From: Macrostomum lignano
Taxonomy: Eukaryota
Length of the DNA: 43,654 bases
NCBI GenBank assembly: GCA_002269645.1
Contig: NIVC01004509.1
Coordinates: 1-43,654, forward strand
Direction of reading: 5' to 3'
The notes under the pieces: model-generated
The model's input: only the letters and a program-made list of their open reading frames with translations
What the model was told of the DNA's origin: nothing
Database searches by the model: none
Translations under genes and position numbers: made by a program
In this document: piece by piece, positions 32,391 to 43,320 of the stretch
How positions within the stretch are numbered: position 1 is the first letter of the stretch
Layout: every line of letters starts with the position of its first letter

Positions 32391-35058
32391 ATGCACCTCT
32401 GTCAGTTGCGAGTTTCTGCAGCGTTGGCTCTGCTGCTCTGCTCGCTGGCAGCCGGCCAGGTCTCTCAGTGCGCTCCCGCTGACTCTCCGCGGCTCCGCTT
32501 CGTGGCGCAGCTCAGCGTGAACGGCTGCGCGCTGTTCGTGCACGACACGGGAGCGAGCGACGGTCCGCACTTGGCAGTCGAGCCGCTCATGTGCGTGACG
32601 GACAGCCTGAGAGGCATTGTTCCCCGATTCGACTTCATCACCCAGCAGCTGTACTTCAGCGTTCCTGTATTGATGAAGGATGCTGGGATGCTCGCAGAGG
32701 CTCAGCGTCAACTGCGGCATCTGTCACCGAGGTCTGTGAGCTTCGCCACGGTAACCAACATCAGCGTCTCAGCCGACACCCGCTCATCGGTTCGGGTTTT
32801 GTGCTTCCTGTGGACTCCAAATGAGCCAGTAGCCACTCTGAGACTCGGCTTTGGGCAAAAAATCAGATATGAAATTCTAAATCAGCGAAAAAACATGGAA
32901 GGACTGGTGAATATCAACCAAAAGAAAGTTTTTTTGTTAACACACGCCAAGAAAAACGAACGAGAAAAAATCGAAAATTCCACAATTGGGACTCTAAAAA
33001 ATGTAAAACTCTCACCTACCATTCTGTTGAATGGCTGTTTCCACGAAGTTCAGAGCAGCTTCATGCTGCAAAACGACAGCTTTAATGATGTCAGCGTGTA
33101 CAAGCAAAAATTCTTACCCGCGTGCCGACAGCTGCGGTTCACTCGGTAGTCAATCTCGAGAACTGCTCTGCTCGAGTGCACCAGAGACTCGACATCGAGG
33201 GTCACTTCCTCATCGAGCCTCTGCTGTGCCACAACATCCCCAGCTTGAGCAGCGAGTCAGTCAGGTATGACTACAGCCGAGACACGCACTACCTGAAGCA
33301 GCTTGATCTGGTGCTGCAAGATGAGGCCACACGCGATGCTGTGAGGACTCAGTTGGCCGACTTGTCGCCTCGCTCGGTCGATTTCATGCGGCTGTGGACT
33401 GCTGAGAGATCGGTGAGCTCTTCGTTGAGTGCTCGGTTCGAGGTCGGTCCGCTGATGGCGTCGGCAGACTGGAGGTCCGCTCAGCTGCGGCTGCTCTGCG
33501 GAAACTGGACGGAGTGCCGCGGTCTCAGGTTGGCTGACATGCTTGTGAACTTCTGATGCCTTATTCTAGACTAGAATTTACATGTATTCATGCGAATGTC
33601 ACTTTCAGTACGAGCCTAGAGTTTGTTACGGTTTTATTTTGTAGTGTTTTGGTTTTTAGCCGTCAAATTAGATAATGATCTGAATTAGTCCAAACAGCTG
33701 CCAACAGCTTCACTGACGCTGACTTCCAGGACTGCTGTGCTGACGGAGTCCGCTGACCTGTGGCGACACGTGCAGTGGCGGGTGACATCGCTGGTTGCTG
33801 AGCAGTGCCTCTTCAATTCCAGTCGAATCACTTCATCATGGAAAATGAAATCGTCTGTAGCAGCTATAGGTGCTCCAGCCCGAAGTCCTGTGCCAAGCTG
33901 CAATGCACCTCTGCTCAACACACAGCGTACCCTTCCAGTGCGTTTCAACTGCAGCCAGACGGTCGCTGCTTCCTGAAGATTCAGCAGCGACTTACTGGCA
34001 GAGTGAGTTTCCAACGAGACTGGACTGAGTACGAGACTGGCTTCGGTGACCGCACGGACTTCTGGATCGGTGAGCGGCAGTTTTGTATCAACTAATATTT
34101 GTGACGGGTGTCATAACAGATCTTGTCCATCTTATGACAGAGTGCTAGCTGACTCAAGCGCTTTCAATTGATGCGAGATGGATGCACAGCAGAGTACATT
34201 TACAGAAAGGAGTTAGATGTCTACTTTACACTAGGCTTGCTCCCTGGACCTCAGTGTAAATTCTGCTAACCCCCAACCCCATTGCGCCTCCTCTCCTCCG
34301 CGTGCCGTAGGGTTTCAAGCCTCTTGTTCACAGGCTCGGCCTGACTCCTATTGCTCCGACTCCAATTTTACTTTGCTGTCGCTGCTTCGCGCTCCCTGCC
34401 ACCCGGCTGCCTTTGCCTTCTGCCTCTGCTGGTGGGTTGCGGATCCTTCTGTTATCAGCTGAGCCATCAACTCATCATCAACTAATATGACACTAAAAAT
34501 GATGATCAAAAACGACTGCAGCCACTCAGAAGGAAGAGAGAGAGAGAAAGAGAGCGATCTCTGGTGGTTGTCCATAAGGAGCGTCACTGCAGGCTGACAG
34601 TGTGACTGAAGTGACTCAGACTCAGCCGCTCTCCTCCCGCAGGTCTCTCCGCCATCCACTCGCTCAGCCAAGGCGGCGCCACCCTCAGAGTGGAGATGAA
34701 GCTGTGGAACGGCTCTGAGCTGCATGCGGAGTACGCGGGATTCCAGGTGGGAGACGCCAGCACTGGGTATCGGATGACGTACCGAGAGATGCTGAGGGAC
34801 AGGTCCAGTATCCGTTTTGACGCTTTGGAGCCTAGCAAAGGCAGGCGGTTTTCCACGGCGAAGTGGGAACTGTGGAGTTCTGAATGCTCTGACAGAAATG
34901 GAGGGAGAAACAGAAGAAGTGGAGGCTGGTGGTTTACAAACTGCTATTATACTAACCCTAACGGAGCCTATTTTCCTTCAGTTGCTCCAGTTCCGGTCTG
35001 GTACTCTGGCTCTGCTCTGCTGTCTCTGTGTGAAGTGCGACTTATGCTGCAGGTTTGA
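32391..35058 (+). CDS. Secreted fibrinogen-related-domain (FReD) protein with two N-terminal repeats; exons 32391-33528, 33730-34069, 34643-35058; two 1-bp frameshifts (assembly errors or pseudogene)
   Basis: Signal-peptide-like start (MHLCQLRVSAALALLLCSLAAG). FReD motifs IQQRLTGRVSFQRDWTEYETGFG...FWI|GL..IHSL, LRVEM, FST, GGWWFTNCYYTNPNG. Splice phases 2 and 1 are consistent. Single missing bases near 33140 and 33957 break the frame. Confidence 0.8.
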
Positions 35059-35435
35059 GCATCAGAAATTAAGCAACTCAGTGAAGCAATCTGTTAATTA
35101 AAATACAGTTTTTATCGGATTTATGCTATTTTACCGGTATATTTTTAAACACTAATATCTAACCAGGGAAGCTTCCATAGAGGCTTCCCTGATCAAACCT
35201 TCCCAGATTATTAACCATAAAGTATAGATTTTTGAAATTTTTCTGGCTGTAAGAGATTTACTGACTAAGAACAGTCGAGCGTAAAATAACGGAAAACAAT
35301 AGTTTTTGTGATTTTCAACTCAATAAGCTCATATTTTCAACAATTTTTATTTAAATTAAGTAGTAGGGCGAATTATGATACTGCCGCACTAGCACTGGCG
35401 AGATAGGCGGCAATGCAAATGTACAGGGAAAAATA

Positions 35436-35811
35436 CACTGCGGAGATATGAGCCCTATCTCTGTGCATTGGGGACGGCTAAGCACTGCAGAGATATGAGC
35501 TCTATCTCTGTGCATTGGGGACGGCTAAGCACTGCAGAGATATGAGCTCTATCTCTGTGCATTGGGGACGGCTAAGCACTGCAGAGATATGAGCTCTATC
35601 TCTGTGCATTGGGGACGGCTAAGCACTGCAGAGATATGAGCTCTATCTCTGTGCATTGGGGACGGCTAAGCACTGCAGAGATATGAGCTCTATCTCTGTG
35701 CATTGGGGACGGCTAAGCACTGCAGAGATATGAGCTCTATCTCTGTGCATTGGGGACGGCTAAGCACTGCAGAGATATGAGCTCTATCTCTGTGCATTGG
35801 GGACGGCTAAG
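35436..35811. repeat. 47-bp tandem array (8 units) with an internal palindrome, subterminal in the Polinton
   Basis: Unit cactgcagagatatgagctctatctctgtgcattggggacggctaag starts at 35436, 35483, 35530 and so on to 35765. A 39-bp block is duplicated at 35375-35413 and 35835-35873. Confidence 0.95.
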
Positions 35812-36166
35812 CACTGCGGAGATAGAGGCGATTCATGATACTGCCGCACTAGCACTGGCGAGATAGGCGGCAAAAAGGATATAGGAAAAATACACTGCGG
35901 AGAGGATCCTATCTCTGTGCATTGGGAACGGCTAAACATTGCAGAGATAAGAGGGGTGGCCAATCTCTGTGCTCTGTGTTAGGGTAAGGTTATAAAGTTT
36001 TACAACTGCACAGAGGACGGCTGGTGTTGCTTACCTGGATAAGGGGACGGGGGGGATACACTAATTACAGCCGGTGGCCTCTATAACGGTAAAGTAATTA
36101 TTACCTGAGCATGGCTGGATGTTCATATACGATATGATAAGGAGAGGGCATGCATGTACAAATTAC

Positions 36167-36173
36167 TATATAA
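36167..36173 (+). promoter_or_regulatory. Candidate TATA box for the first Polinton ORF
   Basis: cTATATAAgcagcc about 105 bp upstream of ATG 36277; motif only. Confidence 0.45.
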
Positions 36174-36276
36174 GCAGCCACGCAAGTACAAATAAACAAA
36201 TAGACAAAAACAAAATTGTATAAAAGGATTTTTAAAAACCTTACTACTTCTAAAAAACAACTCTTTCTCTTTCAAA

Positions 36277-37572
36277 ATGAAAACTTTTAAAAGTTGTCAT
36301 AGAGACCTCTATGAGGTCTGTATAAGCTGCGAAGTGTGCCTGCTTGGAGGCGTGTCCCCAAGACACCACGAGAATGAGAACTGTCTGGTCTCATGCTGGT
36401 TGGCATGCGACCAGTGCGGCACCGTCGAAGCTCTGCAGGAGGGAAAAATTCCAGCATATCATCGAGGACACAGGATCGTCAGCGATGACAAGAAAAAGCA
36501 AGAAAGTAACCGCTGGAAAGTAATCCGCGCCATCAAAAAGAGCAACGAGAGAGAAAAGAAGATCCAGCAGAAAAAGGGAGCCAGCAGGAGTCTGCTATCA
36601 GCTCACTTGAGTCAAGTAATTGACTCTACATTGAAGAGGATGAGGCCAAGCGGGTCTTCAGCAGCTGCAGAATTTGAAGTTGAGCTGTCTGCTGGAGTCG
36701 AGGCTGCTGGAGTCGAGGCTGCTGGAGTCGAGGCTGCTGGAGTCGAGGCTGCTGGAGTCGAGGCCGCTGGAGTCGAGGCTGCTGGAGTCGAGGCTGCTGG
36801 AGTCGAGGCTGCTGGAGTCGAGGCCGCTGGAGTCGAGGCTGCTGGAGTCGAGGCTGCTGGAGTCGAGGCTGCTGGAGTCGAGGCTGCTGCTGTCATAAAC
36901 TTCATAGAGGAAGATGTCCTGGATCAGTTCCTCAGGGAATTCAACGCTGGTCAGCAGCAGCAGCAACCTGTCTCTTCGGTTCCGGTGATTGCTGGAAAAC
37001 AACTTCATCTAATTGAAGACGACCACGAAATGGAAATCCTAGAAGAGGAGGGCAGCGACAATGAGTCGCATAATGCAATTGTGCCACCTGCAGCTCCAGC
37101 CGCCCCAGCTGCTCTGGCCGCCCCAGCTGCTCTGGCCGCCCCAGCTGCTCTGGCCGCCCCAGCTGCTCTGGCCGCCCCAGCTGCTCTGTCCGCCCCAGCT
37201 GCTCTGGCCGCCCCAGCTGCTCCAGCCGCCCCAGCTGCTCTGGCCGCCCCAGCTGCTCTGGCCGCCCCAGCTGCTCCAGCCGCCCCAGCTGCTCTGGCCG
37301 CCCCAGCTGCTCCAGCCGCCCCAGCTGCTCTGGCCGCCCCAGCTGCTCTGGCCGCCCCAGCTGCTCTGGCCGCCCCAGCTGCTCCAGCCGCCCCAGCTGC
37401 TCTGGCTGCCCCAGCTGCTCCAGCCGCCCCAGCTGCAGCCTCTACAATTCCAGCTTCTCAATCCGAAACTCCACCCGTGCCAGCTGGAGTTGCCTTCTTT
37501 CTGCCTCCTGTCGGCGGGGCTGGGTACGAGGTAACGATTTTCGAAAATCGTATTAGAATTGTGCCGCTGTGA
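36277..37572 (+). CDS. Polinton ORF1: Cys/His-rich putative zinc-binding N-terminus, basic stretch, 13x AGVEA and about 18x APAAL(A) repeats; possibly the first exon of the polymerase transcript
   Basis: 431-aa ORF with CISCEVC...C...C...CDQC...H. In-frame 15-bp repeats at 36691-36885 and 18-bp repeats at about 37100-37437. Donor-like GAG|gtaacg at 37530/37531. Confidence 0.7.
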   Translation: MKTFKSCHRDLYEVCISCEVCLLGGVSPRHHENENCLVSCWLACDQCGTVEALQEGKIPAYHRGHRIVSDDKKKQESNRWKVIRAIKKSNEREKKIQQKKGASRSLLSAHLSQVIDSTLKRMRPSGSSAAAEFEVELSAGVEAAGVEAAGVEAAGVEAAGVEAAGVEAAGVEAAGVEAAGVEAAGVEAAGVEAAGVEAAGVEAAAVINFIEEDVLDQFLREFNAGQQQQQPVSSVPVIAGKQLHLIEDDHEMEILEEEGSDNESHNAIVPPAAPAAPAALAAPAALAAPAALAAPAALAAPAALSAPAALAAPAAPAAPAALAAPAALAAPAAPAAPAALAAPAAPAAPAALAAPAALAAPAALAAPAAPAAPAALAAPAAPAAPAAASTIPASQSETPPVPAGVAFFLPPVGGAGYEVTIFENRIRIVPL

Positions 37573-38457
37573 CTAAGCAATTTTTGTACTTTTTTGCTTT
37601 CTGTGTGGAGTGAGAAATCTACCCATTTATTGCAATTATTGCTAAAACTTTATTTCAACTAGCTTTTTAAAGTTGAAAGTAGGTACATTAATTAATGATT
37701 TGATCATCTCATAACTCTGTATTCGCTTCTAGGAATCTTGCTTATAAGTTTTCAGTTTTCATTTCCAAATTAGTTTTAAAAAAAGCTCGTAGCTCGTAGT
37801 GGCAACCAATATTTTTTTGGTATCCGAGGTAAAAAAAATTATTTGAAAAGTAGGTGAAACATTATACAGTTGAATTTAACAAATTAAAATCAACATAACA
37901 TACTTTCAATAAATTGGTGATGGTTTCGTATGCTTGGTGCGATTGATTAGGTATAATTTTCTTTCTACTGCTTTGACGCGGTGTTTCCTCATTCTTTAAT
38001 TATTGAACTTTTCAGCTATATTTCTGCTTCTAAACTCTCGTCTGTATTTTTAATTCATTGTTCCATGCATTGTTTATTGACTATGATTGCACCATGTGAA
38101 TTCGATAATTTTTTAAAAAAATATATACATATAATGTCAGCATTTTTCCACTCGGTGATTGGTTTGTTAATTAACTATTGGCTTCATTTTGCATTTTTTA
38201 CCGATTGAGTCTGCGTAGGAGGCAAATAGAAACGAACTTTTACGAATAGGGATCAATAGAATATGCATGCAGAGAGCTAGCTTAAGGGAGAACCAAAAAA
38301 ATATAACCAGCATCTACTAGCTTGTAAGTGTGGATATTGTACCAGTATTGCAGCAATAAAGACTTACGAAAAAGATTTCCAATATTCACTCCCAGTTGCT
38401 TATGACACTCAGTTGCAGCCAGTAAACACTGTCAGCTTTTAACTGCTTGCCTTTTCT

Positions 38458-38875
38458 ATGGTTGAGCACTCCTGGATGGAGCAGGAGAATGACCACTCAT
38501 GGATGGAGAATGACCACTCATGGATGGAGAATGACCACTCATGGATGGAGAATGACCACTCATGGATGGAGAATGACCACTCATGGATGGAGAATGGCCA
38601 CTCGTGGATGGAGGATGACCACTCGTGGATCGAGTATGACCACCCTTGGGTGGACCATGACGTCAGCAGCGAGTCAGCAGCCAGCAGCGAGTCGGCAGCC
38701 AGCAGCGAGTCGGCAGCCAGCAGCGAGTCGGCAGCCAGCAGCGAGTCAGCAGCCAGCAGCGAGTCAGCAGCCAGCAGCGAGTCAGCAGCCAGCAGCGAGT
38801 CAGCAGCCAGCAGCGAGTCAGCAGCCAGCAGCGAGTCAGCAGCCAACAGCGAGTCGGTGACTGATGCACACCAAG
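38458..38875 (+). CDS. Repeat-encoded exon (ENDHSWM repeats and 10x SSESAA) probably spliced to the polymerase
   Basis: Open frame from ATG 38458 to a consensus phase-1 donor CAAG|gtaagt at 38875/38876, in phase with the acceptor ccag|GT at 39107/39108. Confidence 0.55.
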
Positions 38876-39107
38876 GTAAGTGCCTTTATTTATCCTTTTC
38901 AACTTACTTAAAAATTTTCTTATCAATGCGATGTATATTATGCAGTCTAAAATTTTAGTCCAAAGAATGGGAGAAGGGGAGATAAAAGACTTTATACCGG
39001 TAGGGTTGTACATGTATGCTTGGGTACAGACGTTTAGTTTAGTATCTTTGATATTTGAAACTATAGGCAGCAAAAAACAAAAATATTATCCTAAAACCAC
39101 AAACCAG

Positions 39108-42100
39108 GTTCAACAGTCAGCTTCAGCAGAGTTGCCCAAGCCTATGATCAATCACTGGAAATACTGAGGCTCAGATCGAGTCACCCAGACACGCTTCCGT
39201 CAGAATTTTTTGTCCAAGCTGGAGACAAAATTATTGAGGCAGTTCAGCAAAGAATTTCAAGACATCATTACAAAGTTCAGCTAAATGCGAATATTCGAAT
39301 GGTCCGAATAAGAGATGGGGAGATGCTTGCCGAAGAGGACAGATGGATAAGCTGTAAAATGCAGGCCCTAGACCTAGGTGGTGAAGCAGGCCGTTTAAAC
39401 AACTGGTTGATTGAGCAGGAGCAGGAGTTGGAGAGGATCTGTAGTATGATTAATACGAACGGCAGTGGCTGGACAATTAAACAAATTAATTTTCTAGACA
39501 TCAACCTTGCCAGGTACAATCCAATTCGATTTCGCCAGGGCAGAGCCGTTAGATTCAATCTTCCTGCCAGTTTGAAGAACAAAAAGGCTGTTATCAATCC
39601 ACCGAGCACAGGCAAAGACTGTTTCCTGTACGCCTGTCTCGCTGCACTGCACAGCGCCGATCCGAAAGTTCAGAAATTGCCCAACAGAATATCCTCTTAC
39701 GATGAATGGTTGCGTGAGCTGGACTTTGCAGAAATCTCCATGCCAGTGAGTGTCGCTGATATCGATCGCGTCGAGTCTAACAATCCAGGAATTTGCATTT
39801 CTGCGTTCTCTTGGCAGCAGGGCAGTGTGACTCTTCTCCGTCGCCGCAAGCATGAGTCAGATGACCGAAGACACCTCATGCTTTTGCTAGTTAAAGACAG
39901 CTACGGATCGGAGCACTGGTGTGCAATTACTAATTTTGACAGGTTAATGAACAGTCGTAATGGTCCCGCCATGAGGAAGTGGTGCACGAAATGTTTAACA
40001 TCATTTTATAGCAACGAGAGGCTTCAAGAGCACAGGAACGAATGCAGCATTACTGCAGAAAATCCTGTCAAAGAAACGCTTCCAGTTCCAGGACAGAATG
40101 AAATAAAGTTCCGAAACTGTCAAAACACTGTCAGTCCACCATTCGTTGCCTATGCCGACCTGGAAGCCATTTTGCGAGCGAACACAGACCCTGCTAACCT
40201 GATCTCAAAGCATGAACCATGTGCAGCAGCTTTTCTTGCAGTGCCTCGTGAAGGCATGACAGGACCTCCGCTTAGGCCAGAAGGAGACATGTACAAGGTC
40301 TTTTGCAATGCGGACCCTGATGAGTGTATCCTTGGTTTTCTCAAATCTCTTGAAAGCCTGGCTCAGGATATATTTCACTGGAACCAGAAGCATAGCCACC
40401 AGCCGGCTGACCGATCATCCGCGACCGTCATGGATGATTTCAATTCTGCTGAGGTATGTCACTACTGCAAGAAGAACTTTAAAAGTTCTACAGATAAACA
40501 TTTTGACCACGATCATTTAAATGGACAGTACAAAGGTGCAGCATGTCAAGAATGCAACCTGCGAGCACAGCTCCGACGCCGGTTTCTGCCCCTGGTTTTT
40601 CACAACTTAGGCGGCTACGACCTTCATCTTCTACTTTCCACTGCGCTTGGGAGCATGAAAAATTGGAAACTTAGTGTTGTTCCGCAATCATCCGAGCGAT
40701 ACTTGTCACTAAGGGCGGAATTCCCTGTTGCAAGTTACGTAAAGAACGGAAAAGTTGTGCCAATCATGTTTACAATTCAGTTCATCGACTCGCTCTGCTT
40801 TTTGAAGGGAAGTTTGTCCAATTTGTTTGCTAATCTTCCCGAAGCTGAATGCAAGCTGACAATGCAAATGCTTGAGTCAAGACCACATCTTTCAAGAGAG
40901 CTACTTCGAAAAAAAGGGATTTCCCATATGATTACCTCACAGGATTTGAGATTCTCGAGCAGTCGGTTTTGCCACCTAAAGATGCTTTTTTTTAATCGAC
41001 TTTCCGATAGGGGAATTTCCGACGACGACTACAATAGAGCAAGAGCGGCATGGGCGGCATTTCAATGCAAAAGTTTGAAGGATTATATGCTCGCCTATCT
41101 TGAAATGGATGTAAGGCAGCTGGCTGACATTTTCGAGACATTCCGACAGGCCAGTCTGAAAGAGGACGGATTGGATCCGGTACACTACTTTACTACTCCT
41201 GGTTTGTCTTACGACTCAGCTCTAAAGTCGACTGGAGTGGTTCTAGAGCAGCTGACTGATGCTGACATGTATCATCTGTTTGAGAAGGGAATACGAGGAG
41301 GCATGTCCTTCATTAATGTGCATTGCGTCAAAGGTAATAATCCTAGCTTGCCAGGTTATGATGATCAGCAAGAGAGTGTAAGCCTCATGCCGATCGATAT
41401 GAACAACTTGTATGGCTTTGCCCTGTCGCTTCCGCTTCCATGCAGGGAATTCAGGTGGGTACCGGAACAGGAAATCCAGTTCTGGGACTCCAATCGGTTT
41501 CTGTCACTCAATCCAGAAGCCGAGATCGCCTACCTTGTTCAACTCGATCTAGAATACCCAGCTGAGATTCACGATTCGACTCAGGAGTTACCGTTTGCAC
41601 CTGAAAAATCAAAACCACAGCCAGATCAATTCTCGCCGTACATGGCCGAACTATGGAAAGAGATTGCTGAACAGCGAACTGGCAATGCTGAAGCTAAGTT
41701 TCAAGCAACGGAGAAGCTTCTACTCACCTGTACCGACAAGGATTCTTACGTAGTTCACAGCACCGTTTTAAGATTTTACCTGCAACACGGAATGCGGATC
41801 AAGTGCGTCAAAAAAATGATTTCGTTCAAGCAGGAAAATATTTTCGCGCCGTACATTGCCAGCAACAATGAAAAAAGAGCTTTGGCAACTTCCGAGTTTG
41901 CTAAGGATTTTTACAAATTGAAAAACAATTCTCTCTTTGGAAAAACTATGGAAACGTTCGAAAAAGATGCGATGTTCGAATTTGCACTAACCAGACTCAA
42001 GCAGAAACTTGCGCCTCTCGACCAAACTGTGCCGCATTCTCGATTATCAATGAGTCGTTGAGCATTTTTCAGCTCAAAAAAGATAAAGTCACGCTTGACA

Positions 42101-42741
42101 AGGCCATTTTCGTTGGCCAGGCAGTTCTCGATCTCTCTAAGATGGCCATGTACAGCCTACTATATGACAGGCTCCGACCGCTGTTCTGTCATTCAGACGG
42201 TTCCAGAGACATGATGCTTTGCGGAGGTGATACTGACTCATTTTTTCTAGCTTTCAAGAATCATGATTTAACATCGGAGGTAATCCCGAAGCTTAGAGAG
42301 GAAAAAATACTTGACACATCCAACTATTCTCGAGACCATCCGCATTTCTCTGAAGAGTTAAAAGGAAAGCTGGGCTGCGTTAAAGATGAATCTGCTGGTG
42401 GAATTTACCAGGAGTGGATTCTTTTGCGTCCAAAACTTTATTCGTTTCTCCCTGCCGAGAATTCGAGTGCAAAGATCAAGAAAACTGCCAAAGGCGTGAA
42501 GCAGTCAAATTTCGCATGCGAACTATGTCGACGCGTTCGAGTCCAAGCAAGAGCAGATGGTTGCCATGACAGCGATTGTTTCAAGAAACACGAAATCTTC
42601 ACGTCGGTCATGGAGAAAAGAAGCCTATCGGTGTGGGAGGATAAGCGAGTGTGGCTTAGCAGTAATCGAAGCCTGCCCTACGGACACTATGCGCTGACGC
42701 CCGCATCCCACGATCAGCTGAAGCGCATCCGACTGGTCTAG
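39108..42741 (+). CDS. polB: Protein-primed family B DNA polymerase of Polinton type with an endonuclease VII-like insert; about five 1-bp indels
   Basis: GSGW...YNP N-terminal motif, ExoI YADLEA, DHDHLNGQYKGAACQECN, ExoII HNLGGYD, FIDS, alternative-frame KGIFPYDY, ExoIII YLEMDV, IRGG, DMNNLYG, KLKNNSLFGK, DTDS, LRPKLYS and DKR. The frame is open upstream of ATG 39299 back to 39095. The frameshift at about 41953 splits the two ORF-track entries (39299-42061 and 42058-42741). Confidence 0.93.
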
Positions 42742-43320
42742 TGCGGGTGTTTAACAGACTGTTTAGTACTTTTTCTTGCTTTTAGAGTTGTTTAAATTGC
42801 CAAATTCTGTTTTAAATGTAGTGACTTGCATGTAGTAACTTTTACAAATTTGTATGCTTGGCTAATTGCGCTAGATTTAGCTGTCAATTTGTTTTTGCGG
42901 CGTGAAATATTGATATCAATTTAAGTTTTACTTTTTATAAAGCTGTGGCAAGTGCGCTCATACAATATTAATTCATTTTTGTTTGCTTTGTGTACTACTT
43001 GTTTAAAATGTGTTTTTGGTTTTTATCTGACACAAATTGTTCCTGTAAATTCAATCAGCGTTTTAATCATATTTTCTCTATCACTTTTCTATTTCTCTTC
43101 TCTCGGTGCACATCGTTTGTTATAACGATGGTAGTATTGTTTACTTTCGGATTTGATATGCGTTTTGCGATACTTTTGGTGATGGGCTAAATACGTTTTT
43201 GAAGTGTTCCATAGCTGTCTACCTGGGAAAATGAATGTAAAGAATACAAGTTTATCCTTTTATTCACTTTTCACTAATCATTGAAATATTTGCGGCAAAT
43301 TGCTTGACTTGACTTTATTT

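Noticed and set aside
35436-35811. CRISPR-like appearance of palindromic 47-bp repeats
   Set aside because: Units are directly adjacent and nearly identical, with no unique spacers and no cas genes, in a eukaryotic context.
42990-43230. Hydrophobic 66-aa + strand ORF and short basic - strand frames between polB and the TBP-like gene
   Set aside because: AT-rich, GTG start and no recognisable motifs. The - strand alternatives need an assumed frameshift or splice.
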